Shown: positions 1 to 11,370 of the stretch, piece by piece
Numbering within the stretch: the first letter of the stretch is position 1
Layout: each line of letters opens with the position of its first letter
Assembly: GCF_001949145.1 (NCBI RefSeq)
Contig: NW_019091357.1
Span: 62,001-126,000, forward strand
Source of the DNA: Acanthaster planci
Taxonomy: Eukaryota
Direction of reading: 5' to 3'
Length of the DNA: 64,000 bases
Made by a program: the position numbers and the translations under genes
Notes under the pieces: generated by a model
What the model saw: only the letters and a program-made list of their open reading frames with translations
What the model was told of the DNA's origin: nothing
The model's database searches: none

Positions 1-84
1 TCTTCGGCACTTTGGCCAATCTGAATTATTTCCTTCAATGTTCACTTGAAGTCCCTAATGAAGAGAGGCTCCCAAAGAAAATTT

Positions 85-795
85 GTCAACATGACATCAT
101 CAGGGGTCATGTAACATGAGATTAAACTTGCAGTTTTCTCCATAGGTTTTGTACACGTTTTCTGCTACGCAATATTATCGATTTAATGAGAGTTGTCCTG
201 AAGTTCGGCTGAGGATTACTATGAGAACGAAAGAAACAATTACACCCAAGAGTCCGAATATTAAATGATATATCAGAATTTTTTCAATATATATGCTAAT
301 CAGGTGACATGACATTAAAGCTGCAGGTTTTCTCCATAGGTTTGTGAACTCATACATCTGAGTGACTTTGTTTTGGGAGCATAGGTAGTCCATCTACCCG
401 TGGGGCTGTCAAAATAAAATCGTCACAGTGGCGTCATCAGGAGTCACATGACATGAGATTAAACTTGCAGTTGTCCCCATAGGTTTTGGACACGTTTTTC
501 AACTGCGCAATATTATCGAGTAGTCCTGAACTTCGGCTGAGGATTACTATGAGAACAAAAGAAAAAAAAAATTCGTTTTCGTTCGATTACAAATATACTC
601 AAGAGTCCGAATATCAAATAAAATTTTAGAATTTTGTGCACGTTTTTCTGAAGTCGAAGACTGGTACACACTCATACATCTTAGCATTTTTGAATTGGGA
701 GCATAGGTAGTCCATCAACTCGTGAGGCTGTCAAAATAACATCGTCACGGTGACGTCATCAGGAGTCACGTGACCTGAGATTAAAGTAGCAGTTT
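85..795. repeat. Degenerate tandem repeat (~320-bp unit, ~2.2 copies) in an intron of Sushi-receptor gene A
   Basis: The block GTCA(A)AAT..ATCGTCAC..CATCAGGAGTCAC.TGAC.TGAGATTAAA recurs at ~85, ~408 and ~730; CTGAA.TTCGGCTGAGGATTACTATGAGAAC and GGGAGCATAGGTAGTCCATC each occur twice at similar spacing. Confidence 0.75.
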
Positions 796-1393
796 GTTCG
801 TGATTACGAAACAGGAGAGTCACTCAATTTATAGATTATACAAAAACTTAAACAAGTCATCACACTAAGACAAAACTGGCAGACTGAACATCAACTAAAA
901 AAGACAGGCAAACTATGCGTATGTATCAATTTTTGAACAAAGACTCTTCCCTGAAAAACCACTCTCTGTAATATCCGTAAATAAAATATTGAAGGCTCTT
1001 CAGGCATTAATTTGTTAAAGACTCACGCTGTTTACAAAACATGGACCATACATACAGAATAATCGAGAACGACCGTTTTATGACCAGTCGTTGGCACTTT
1101 CCTAAAGTGCCTTCAGAATCTTGAGAAGTGCGCTCATTGTGCACAGTCACAACACACATTGATCAAATAATATGTGTGCCTACCACATTGAAAACATGAC
1201 GCCATCATGCAGCACCGGATTTTAAGTCTGTTTGCCCGCAAGCAAACGCAGCAGGCCTGGAATCTTCTGTATCACTTTTCTGTTGATACGTCTGTCTTCA
1301 CGAAACAAGTAACTTTGCTACGTAGTTATTTGAAAGCAACTTGCTTTGAGCATACTTTTCCCAACATTGATTGTGTTAATTTTATCATTTCAG

Positions 1394-1796
1394 TCAGAGA
1401 AGCAGAAGTGATATGCCCCTTCAAGACATAAGCCAGATCTCGACAATTACCACAGGGAGCCACACCGGCAACCCAGTTGAAAATTCCAAATTACCACCAG
1501 AACCGGAGGCAAGACTACTGACAAATACCCATGGGCACCCAACTGAGAATGCCCAACTGCCACTCGTATATTTGTACGTGTCAGATGATTCAGATACTAT
1601 GGTAACGTTTGTTTAAATGTCATGCACCTTACTTTGGATATATCAAATATTAACCAACACCTTTTTCAACTGTTTTCCAATGACGCCATTTAGACATTCA
1701 TCGCAGGAAACGGTCTGCCAGACAGATTACGAAGTGATGGTGAGCGAACATACAACAGATCATTTGTCGAACAGGCCAACCTCGGCACCAAAATAA
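1394..1796 (+). CDS. Sushi-TM receptor paralog A, last two (cytoplasmic) exons only; 5' part lies upstream of the window
   Basis: Exons 1394-1601 (TTTCAG acceptor, GTAACG donor; QRSRSDMPLQDISQISTITT...LPLVYLYVSDDSDTM) and 1707-1796 (ETVCQTDYEVM...PTSAPK*). They align with the cytoplasmic exons of gene B (6204-6738), and the flanking intron and 3' DNA are also homologous to B. Confidence 0.7.
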
Positions 1797-3370
1797 GCAG
1801 CATCTTTACGAAACAAAGATAAAAGATCAGGATGTGGCCGTAACGACCTTGTCAGTGCTTACGAGGTATAGTCACGCCGTTATGCTGAATTTGCTCGATT
1901 ACTAATGCCAAACCATGTATGCTATAAGATTTGTTGAAGGGGATGAAATGTACATGTACTTTGGTTGCAAGCTGTGGTAAGATGAGATTGTTAGGTTGTT
2001 ATGTTTGCTAATTATTACAGTTATTTTACTTGAGATAATGTTCCGGCTGTAGGATACCGAGGTGAATGTCACACGCACATTAATTATTATGGGTGTAAAA
2101 GGCGTAAAAGGTGTAAATTCGGGAGAACCAGTGCGTAAACCAATACGCGCGCGTTTTCCATTAATTTTCAGTGCACTTTCTGGTACCGGTGCTCTTTCTG
2201 TCCAAGATGTTTAATTAACACCCAAAACAGGACTAGTTTGAAGCGCCACGAGGTGTTCGGCGTGGAACAATCTTAGAGAAAAAGAAAACGTGACAGTTGA
2301 TTTGTTCTTTAAACACAAAAATACTTCACGGGAAATTGAACAATCAAATGTTTTCTACAAAATCTGTACATCAGCAAAGAAACATCTAATTTAAAAGGAA
2401 ATTCGTTCAGATTCTAAAAAGGTCGGAACAGGAGATGTTGAAAATTCTGCACTTGTCCACATCCAAATCAAGAAATATTTACTATTTTTATGTAGTTCTC
2501 TTTCATGCCAACGCATTTAATGTTATATGTTTCAGTACCACAAAAGTGAAACACATTTTTTAAGGGGGCACCACAAGAAAATAAGCTACAGCTACAAAGT
2601 TATATAAACTCAACGGAGGTTCTTCACACATTTCACTGATGGTTTTAAGAATGTATAAACTATAAAGAAAAATATGTAAAACTCTAAACATTGATCCCCT
2701 GAATTCGAGGGTTTTAGTTGTGTAAGTTTTTAACCGTTGATAAATAGTTGTTCACCTCAATTTTGTTTTAAAATAAAGGCACCCATGGGTTTCTTTCAAA
2801 ACAAGCTTTGAATCCAATAGCATTGCCGATGCCCCCCCCCCAACAATGGCGGAAAGCATTGTACTTGGTTTTGTAAGAAGCGGCTGTAAAGAGTAATACA
2901 ACAATTGAGATGATTAGTTCATTAACTAAAGGAATTGCTAAATGTCATTGATATCCCCTTCTGCCGACAAAATGCGTGCGCGTGCAAGTGCGCGCGCACG
3001 AGACAGAGGAGCTTTGGGAAGTTCGAGATCGAACGTACTTTATTCAGCTTTGCGTGGTACCCATTATACGTTTTATGCACAGGCCAACAGGAAATTCCAT
3101 CAATAATCGCGCTTGTATAACAGACTCTTTCCCGTCCCCGCAGCGATTAAGGTAATGCGGGGACCGCTAACCAGACTTCACTGTACTCACTGGTAACCGC
3201 ACTGGTTTAACATTAAAGTTTACGCAATATAGAAAGTGAGGGAACAGTGCATTTGCAGACTATATCGTTTACGTTGGTTAGGTAAATACAGTTTGACGGT
3301 AGGCCTATTGTGTTCTAAAATTCAGAGCTTGTTTGTTTGGATTAATACAGAGGTATGACAAAACAATTGT

Positions 3371-3495
3371 TGACCACTGTGATGTGGGATATGACGTTTT
3401 AAACACACGAGGGACGCACAGCGGCCCGAGAGGAGCCGACGACGCTATGCTTCCCTTGGGTTTTCAAAACGTCATATCCTACACCACAGCGGTCA
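3371..3495. mobile_element. Short MITE-like inverted-repeat element upstream of gene B
   Basis: TGACCACTGTGATGTGGGATATGACGTTTT at the left end is the imperfect reverse complement of AAAACGTCATATCCTACACCACAGCGGTCA at the right end. Confidence 0.6.
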
Positions 3496-3737
3496 CGGAC
3501 TGAAAGCTAACGGATGGATGTAATAATGAGCCCGCCTCATTTTCTCCGACAGCATACATGGACAATGTAGCTCAGTGAACTTCATCTGTGCTTCAGCGTC
3601 AACTTCTGGGTCAGCTCAAACCGTAAATACAGGAAATCATACGAGCAGCTATTTTGAAGAAGGCCTGCCTATGTCACTCATTGCAAACAAGCGAATTTTG
3701 GCTAAGGCGGAAGTATTATATTCCTATTTCTGGCTTT

Positions 3738-6700
3738 ATGTTCACATTAGCGCTAACGTCTTTGTATAGTGTATTACACGGCCAATCAACAGGTAAGCAA
3801 AATTTAAATCAGTATGGTCACAAAGCAAGCCTACATTACTATCCATGTAGCTAACAGTGTTTAAGCAAGGTTTACCAGTCCTAATATATTTTGAATAATC
3901 ATGCTTCTGGAGAATTAAAATAATTAAGAGGAATTATTTAATATTTGTAATTCAGTCGAGTTGTTCAGTCGAGTGGAACACTTTAGCCAATTACATGGTA
4001 ATTGTTGTCACTTGATCTTTTGCATATGTAATTAATTCGTTAAACAACCGCCATATTTGCGTAAAACTTTACTCGACAAGATAAGTGTTGTGCACCGTCC
4101 CGAAACTTCATTTTCTGATGTTAAAATCACAAGTAATATTTTTGTGAAGTTATATGCATATTGAAACAAAGGTAAGATTCTTAACGTACTGTAAGCACTC
4201 TCTATCTGCATGCTGATATTACTTTCCTTCTTTTCTTTTTCTGGGGGTGAATAGTCAAGACACAATGGAGATATGGCAATGTCAGAGATCTGTACGGTAC
4301 AGTTAGTGACACCATCGGCATCACTCGGAACACCCCAAGGACGCTGCCATCACCATCTAGTACTACCATTTACCAGAGGACCAATAATTTGTGATACTTT
4401 TCAACCAGAAGGGATTAAATTGGTTTGATTTTTATGTCTCTTTTCATGGATGTAGGACCCCATAATGGCACAATGTAACACCTCCCAGTGCGCTTCTATT
4501 AGTAACACAATCATTAGCACCGTCGACAGTAACGTCACTGACGAATGCTATGACAACGGAACAATCATCACTGTCTCTTGTAATCGAGGTTTTCAAAATC
4601 TGGTCGACAAGTATGACACCATATGCAATGGCACGACTGGAAAATTTGAACCGGAGGGAACATGCAAAATAGGTGGGTCACTTATAACTAGCATATGTAA
4701 TTACAGCCTCCAATGATTAATTTGAAATTGGCGACGTCTTCTCCCATCTCTGAGTACGAATAACACCCCGAAAAATGAGAATTTCAGCGGATTTATATGG
4801 TGCCATTTGAGACCACTCTCTCCAACTTCAAACTAGTCACTGAAAATGTTACATTCTTCCTTTTATTACAGACCTACTCACTCTTCTTGTGGCCATTAGC
4901 ATGGCTTATCTGGTGACAACGGTGGCTCTTCTTCTCACATGCAGCATCATTCGCAAATGGAAAAGGTATATAACTATGTGCATCACTTTACAATGTTATT
5001 TAATACATTACTTTGTTCATGATTACCCACGTATCATGAAGCAGGAGAAAACATTCAAGTTACAAATTACACAAAAATTCAAACTAATCCTTACACTAAG
5101 ACAAAACTGTTAAACTGAATATCAACAAAAATATATGCCGACCAACTTACGGGATAATGTATTAAGAATCTTCCCTGAAAAACCACTTTCTGTTATATCA
5201 AGAAAACATTAATTTTGAGGCAACACAGGCATTACATTGTTGAGGACTCACGTCACGCTGATTGACACATTGACAACAGATTAGAGATTAATCTCTAAAT
5301 AATAAAAGAGATACTTTTATTACCAGTCTGTGGATCTACCCTCGAGTGCGTTCGTTAACTTGTGAAGTGCGCTCATTTTCCACAGAAACTTCTCCCTATA
5401 TGCCCCGAGCGGGACCTAGAGAGGGCGCTATTCCTATTAACGAAGGCTCCTTCGGTAGGAACTACACTTCCCTAGTTTGCAAACGACAATGAAACATACG
5501 CTTTGGAATATGTGATTGCCGAGCTTTCGGTAACTGAGTACTTTCTCCAGGGCAAGCGCTTCGCAGATTCAGTTCATGAATCTGAATCTGCTTGCCCTGA
5601 ATTAAGAAGGTACTCAGTTTCCAAAAGCTTGGCAATCACATATTCCAAAGCGTACGTTTCATTGTCGTTTGCCAACGAGCGAAGTGTAGTTCCTACCAAA
5701 GGAGCCTTCGTTACTATTCGTCACATATTCCAAAGCACTGATTTTACATTATATTCTTGTCAATATTCTGATCACGGTGCTACACAGCCCTTCGATATTT
5801 CAATGAAACATATACGCGTTACGGTTGCGTGGATACCGACAAAAACGAACACTCCCTACCAACATGACTATTTTCAACCGATGAGGGGGTGCTTCCGTTC
5901 AAGGCGGATTGGTCAAAGGATATAGGCCTACATTTGTACGGCACTTTCTGGTTCTAAATGACGTCACACCTCGGTATTCTATACGTGGACGTAATACCCA
6001 CATTGCAAACGTGGAGCCATCATTCAGTAACCGATTTTAATTCTATTTGCCTATATGCCAAGGCAGCTGTCCCCGAATATGTTTTTCCCTTCGACAGAAC
6101 ATCTTTCTTCACAAAAATAATATCTGCATGTATGTAAAGGCAATTTGATTTTAGCATACATGAACTTCTACTGACGTTGATTTTGTTCATGTTTTCATTT
6201 AAGTCGAAAAAACAGATTTGACGTGCCTCTTCAAGACGTAAACCTGATCTCGACAATTACTGCAGCGAGCAACGCAGGCAACCCAACTGAGAATTCACAA
6301 CTACCACCAGAACCGGAAGCAAGACTACTCACATACAACTGTGGGCGCCTAAATGAGAATGGCCAACTGAGACTGGAACCGCTGCCTCTCTCCGAGGAAT
6401 ATTTGTACACGTACGTATCAGATGATTCAGATTCCGTGTGAAATACTCCTGGCTTTATATGTCATTTGCTTAAATTTCAAACATATTTGGAAACAGCAAA
6501 TATTTACCAACAATTTTTTGTGTTTTTTCCATGACGCCATAGGCATTCTATACAGGAACCGGCCTGCAAGACACATTTCGAAATTATGATGAGCGAACCT
6601 ACAAGAGATCATTTGTCGGACAGGTCAACGTCGTCGCCAAATGAGCAGCATCTCTATGAAACAATACAGACATCTGATCAGGAGTGTAGGCGTAGCAACC

Positions 6701-6738
6701 TCGTCAGTGCATACGAGTTATTCATGTCGTTATGCTGA
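3738..6738 (+). CDS. Sushi-TM receptor paralog B (signal peptide, 6-Cys CCP-like domain, TM, cytoplasmic tail)
   Basis: Exons: 3738-3792 (MFTLALTSLYSVLHGQST, GTAAGC donor); possible 4255-4301; 4456-4672 (C..C..CYDNGTIITVSCNRGF..C..GKFEPEGTC); 4872-4965 (TM DLLTLLVAISMAYLVTTVALLLTCSIIRKWK); 6204-6435; 6556-6738 (...HLYETI...SAYELFMSLC*). Phases agree from the Sushi exon onward; the junction into the Sushi exon is uncertain. Confidence 0.7.
5438..5800. mobile_element. Truncated Penelope-like element: two inverted pseudo-LTRs forming a ~276-bp palindrome (5438-5713) plus a further pLTR fragment
   Basis: Left and right arms are near-perfect reverse complements around TTCATGAA (5573-5580). The inner arms and 5720-5800 match the pLTR sequence of the element at 9605-10438. 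The segment is absent from the homologous intron of gene A. Confidence 0.8.
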
Positions 6739-9700
6739 ATTTGCTCATTATTACTAAGGCCAAACTATAAAGATATGCTATACGATTTTTTAGGTGGGTT
6801 GAAAGGTACATGTACTTTTGTTGCAAGCTGTGGTAAGATGTGATTGTTAGGTTGTTTTGTTTGTGTTACCGAGTGGTTAAATGTTGAGAGGGGTGGTGGA
6901 TAACCCAAAAAATTAAGGAAACAAGGATGCAGAGTAAAGAAATACAAAAAACACCAATTTACGAAAACAGACTGCTGACTTAATAGAAATTGAAAACTAG
7001 AACAATTACATGTACATTCGGTTATTAATTCAAATTAATCCAAGTTACCTTCACCCCCTTTAATGTTGGTGCAGTCAAAGGACGGTCAAATTCAATTTGG
7101 CCCAACCTGGCATATATTTTTGCTGGCTGGTCACCACGCACAAACTATCTAACCCTGACTACCTGACTGGCCAAAATTTATCAAACAGACAGCAGGCCAG
7201 TGGTAAAGCACCACAAAAACCATACAAATGGGTATTAAACACTGAAGGTTTAGACCAGAGACTTGACAGGCAAAAATGACGGCTCAAAATATTGTACCAG
7301 ATGGCATTTGCATAGGAGGGTTAAGCCAAAAAAACCGTAAGAAACCCCCAAAACACCCACACAAATAAACGCCAGTCAATATGATGATGAACCATTTGTA
7401 AATTAAGATGAAAATACATTTGTATAAGTGACCAAGCATTATATATATTAGAAGTACATGTACAGTTATATGCATATATTGGATTCATTTACATTTTATG
7501 GCATAAAATATGCGGCCCTGCCACAGCCTACGTTTTGAATTTATGGTTTACATTCCTTATTTTTTTATCAACATGCGTTAATCAATTTAATAAGGAATTA
7601 AATATTTCACAACCACCAGTAATATTGTTGGGAATACGAACAACCAAAAGTAACTTACTCAAGATGTTATAGAAGGGCTAGATGTACTGTACATCAAATA
7701 CAAGGTGGTGTAGGATGACCTACACACGTAGAGGTACGATAGTGCTAAGTCCACAGGAGGACTAGGTCGGTCACTGTAAATCAGAATTAAACATTTGATA
7801 TAATACTGAAACAAATCATTAGAAGTTAAGGATGTTGACAAAATATGATCAAATACTCGTTTTTATTGAGGTGTACAATGTTCAAAAATGTTAATATCTC
7901 TGAATATGCAAAGGTGCTCGTAAGAAATTACCCCCAGCAAATTAGAGTTCAACAGGATATAGTTCTATAATGTGCTTACAAAAGTGCAAAATGCAGATTT
8001 AAATGTGTACAATCTATAATCGAACAATTATTAAAGGAAAATTAGAAAGTGCTTACTCACCATGTGTCCATTGCCACCATGCCATACTGCCGAGTTTCAA
8101 ACTCAAATTTTACAATATCGGGACAACACCCGAACTAGGCTAGCTCGCAACATAGTTAGGAGCACTATCAGTATCAACGCGTGAACTTCACATGGAGATG
8201 TGTATCCCACACTCATGCAATGCAGTGTGCAGCAAAGACACTAACGTGACATGGGGAAGGATACCTCGCAAGACGAAAGGCAGAAAAGCAAAGCTACACG
8301 GCAAGACGCACTATATAGAGAGAAATGAGCCAAATAACTTGCCCCACCCAGACAGCGGAACTCGAGATACGCAATAGTTACATAACTCCTGCAAACGCAA
8401 AACCGCAACTTACAATTTGTACAAAGCAGCGCTGCATTCCCACAGTGCCAGACATTGTGATACATGGCGCACTTCAACTAATTATATATGCGCACTTAAA
8501 AAAGGTGACATTAAACCTGGGACGGTTGACAATACTTTGTCGACTGGTCACATTTGCATATTCTTACTGTTGTTTCACTTGAGATTGTACCGACGGAAAT
8601 GAATACGTCACGCGCACAATTATGTGTGGTATAAAAGGTATTAGTGGGAGCTAGAGCCAGTGCGTAAACCAATACGCGCGCGTCTTCCATTAATTTGCGC
8701 TTTCTGGTGCTCTTTTTGTCCTAGATGTTTAATTCCCAAAACAGGACTAGTTTGAAGCTCCACGAGGTGTTTGATGTTATTCCCCGAACAATCATATAGT
8801 AAAAGAAAACGTGACTGTTGATTGCTCTTCAAACACAAAAAGACTTTTCACGGGAAATTGAACATTCAAAAGTTGTCTGCAAAATCTGTACATTAGAAAA
8901 GAATCATCTAATTTAAAAGGAAATTCGCTCAGATTATAAAGTACATACGGTTGATTTGTCCACATCCTGATTGAAGAATAACAACCTTATTTATTTTTCA
9001 TGTAGTTCTCTTTTATGTCAGGGCATGCAAAGTGAAACTATTTGATGTTACATCTGTCAGCACAACAAAAGTAAAACACTTTCTACAAGTATTAGAAAAA
9101 AGGCTTCCACGGCAAGAGCTTGATACATTCTTTTCCAGAACGCTTTGAGATAACTTTTTCATGTTCTAGCGAAATGTCCCTTTTCTGAAAAGGAACTACC
9201 CCCCCCCCTTCATTTTTGTGTCATGAAACCCAATTATCTTAAAATCGAAGAAAATTGTTTACATTGGCGTAACTAGGGCTAAATTTCCGGGGAGGCACCC
9301 GGGGTGCACACATTTTTTCACGGAGGTACCACAAGAAAATAAGCTGCAGCCAGACAGCTTTATAAACTCAACGGAGATTAATCACAAATTGCACATGGGG
9401 GCACCGGGGGAACGGGCATTCGGCTGGGAGGGAACGTGTGCCCCCCCCCATGTATAAACTTTAGAAAACGTAAAACTGTACACGCTCAGCCTTATTATGA
9501 TCATAGAACTTGAGGTAGATTTAGTTTTGTAAGTTTATAACCATATTATTAAACAGTTGTTCATGTGTGTATTATTTTGAAGTGCCAGTATAGGAATTAC
9601 AAGATATATAGAAATATGGAAGGGCTGAGTAGCACCGTGATCAGAATAACGACAAGAATGTAATATCAACTCAGTGCTCTGAAATATATGATTAATGAGC

Positions 9701-9748
9701 TTTCGGTAACTGAGTACCTTCTTCAGGGTAAGCAGATTCAGTTCTGAC

Positions 9749-10347
9749 CACCCTGGAAACGTCCCGGTACGTAATATTCTTCTCAAACATTTCTGTACAC
9801 TCGGAAATGATACGGCCACAGCTTCCATTTTCGCCGAACCCCCGATTTGCTCGTTTAGGCGCGATCGTTCTGTCGGAGACACGGTTGTACGTTCCCGGTT
9901 GGATTCCGTCCCGCCGTCAAAAGCAGGCAGCAATTTCCCTCGTCAGCGCCCCAAACGTAACACCTGCCCCTACATAGTTAAGAGCCCGTCGCCGGCCCCT
10001 GCGGTAGCTACGGAATACGCGGGGATCATACATGCATTACTGGTAATGCTGTTTATTGCATTACATGTCGTCGCTGTAGTAAACTGTACATCGGAGAGAC
10101 CAAGCGTCGCCTTGGTGACCGCTTCGCGGAACACTTGCGCAGTGTGCGCCAACAAACACCTGGTCTCACTGTTGCGCAGCACTTTTGCGCGCCGTCACAT
10201 TCCCTCGGTGACGTAAGCGTCTGCATCCTGCGGAAAGCGTCATCTGATGTACAGTGTAAGGAACTGGAGCAGAGCGTCATTTTCGAACTTGGAACGCTGC
10301 GTCCAGGGGGATTGAACGTGGATTTTTCCGCACTCATTCAGAACTGA
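9749..10347 (+). pseudogene. Decayed PLE ORF C-terminus (linker, Cys knuckle, GIY-YIG endonuclease), one frameshift near 9985
   Basis: Frame 1 reads HPGNVPVRNILLKHF..L.ND..T..IF.EPPICSFRRDRSVGDTVVRSRL...NFPRQRPKRNTCPYI. Frame 2 reads HTCITGNAVYCITCRRCSKLYIGETKRRLGDRFAEHLRSV...VAQHF...ELEQSVIFELGTLRPGGLNVDF. These are the characteristic VY..YIGET..R..EH..E..P.GLN GIY-YIG motifs of Penelope-like elements. Confidence 0.9.
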
Positions 10348-10353
10348 ATCTGC

Positions 10354-10393
10354 TTGCCCTGAAGAAGGCACTCAGTTACCGAAAGCTCGGCAA
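10354..10393 (+). ncRNA. Minimal type I hammerhead ribozyme motif in the PLE pLTR
   Basis: TTGCC-CTGAAGA-A-GGCA-CTCAGT-TACC-GAAAGCTC-GGCAA: helix I TTGCC/GGCAA, core CUGANGA and GAAA, helix II with one mismatch, palindromic helix III AGCT, predicted cleavage after C10388. More damaged copies lie at ~9692-9731 (-), 5516-5555 (-) and 5592-5635 (+). Confidence 0.8.
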
Positions 10394-11370
10394 TCGCATG
10401 TTTTAGAGCACTGATTTGATATTATATTCTTGTCGTTTTAGGAATTACAAGAGCCGGCTATCCGTTTTCTAGGAAGGTTTGGCACCCATTGGTTTCTTTT
10501 CAATACATTAGGGACTTGTCCGAATCGCTTGTCTACAGCTGGAAATTACGCGCGCGTCTACGGCACTGGCCGTGGCCAGTTCCCATTAAATCGAGTGTAA
10601 ATTCCGGCCGTATATCCAAGTGATTCGGACACGGCCGATGCTTTGAATTCAACGGTGCTGCCGATGGCCCCATGAAATGGCGGAAAGCATTATGCTTGGT
10701 TTTGTAAGGAGCAACTGTCATACATCAGTGGCTCCGTACAAAAGTCACCATAATGCTTATACCGCCATTGCTGGGGACCATTTGCAATGGCCAGTGATTG
10801 AGCTGTACTATAGTTATCGGACTAATCTTTAGTGCATGGTTAGTACTCATTTCTTCTTAAAACTGTCTCTATTATACCACTGGACACCATATCTCACGGC
10901 ACAGCACATTGTTAGCGTAAACAAGGGCAAATACTAAAGGTTGTTTGCCAGCTTCAAAATGTTGCGTTCAGAGTTTGAAGCTTCCAAGCATAAAACTTGA
11001 ATGGGGAACAGGTTCCCAATTTCCCATGACAATTCAGTTTTTAACAGAACGCTCACAAGGGAGTAATTCAATTGGGTCAAGGTACACCATGACAATGTTC
11101 AACAGTCATGCATGCATAACTTCTTCGGGAAATTTTTAGATTGCAAAACCGTAAATTCCCCTTTATTTTTCTGTGACTGTACTTTTTGAACATATTACAT
11201 GTACCACAACAAGACAAAATTGAAGGGTATTTTTTTTTATTCTTGCAAGGGTGAAAGAGATGCTCCGTGAAAACAGCCAGAGTAGAAGCGGCCTACCGAT
11301 GGTGTATTTCCAATGGCTTCCACCTGTGACGTGAAGTGTTATATTCAGGCGTTTGTGGCAGTTGCTCAGC

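Larger units (their letters stand above)
9605..10438 (+). mobile_element. 5'-truncated Penelope-like (Neptune-type) retroelement with inverted 5' pLTR, GIY-YIG endonuclease remnant and 14-bp TSD
   Basis: TSD TAGGAATTACAAGA at 9591-9604 and 10439-10452. Inverted repeats at ~9645-9747 and ~10338-10437 flank a decayed ORF encoding the PLE linker and GIY-YIG domain. Confidence 0.9.

Noticed and set aside
5503..5925. 140-aa ORF
   Set aside because: It runs through the palindromic pLTR insertion and resembles only the antisense ORF over the other pLTR (SDHGATQPF), so it is repeat-derived.
9535..10337. Minus-strand ORFs over the PLE
   Set aside because: The recognisable GIY-YIG coding frames are on the + strand; these ORFs are antisense shadows.
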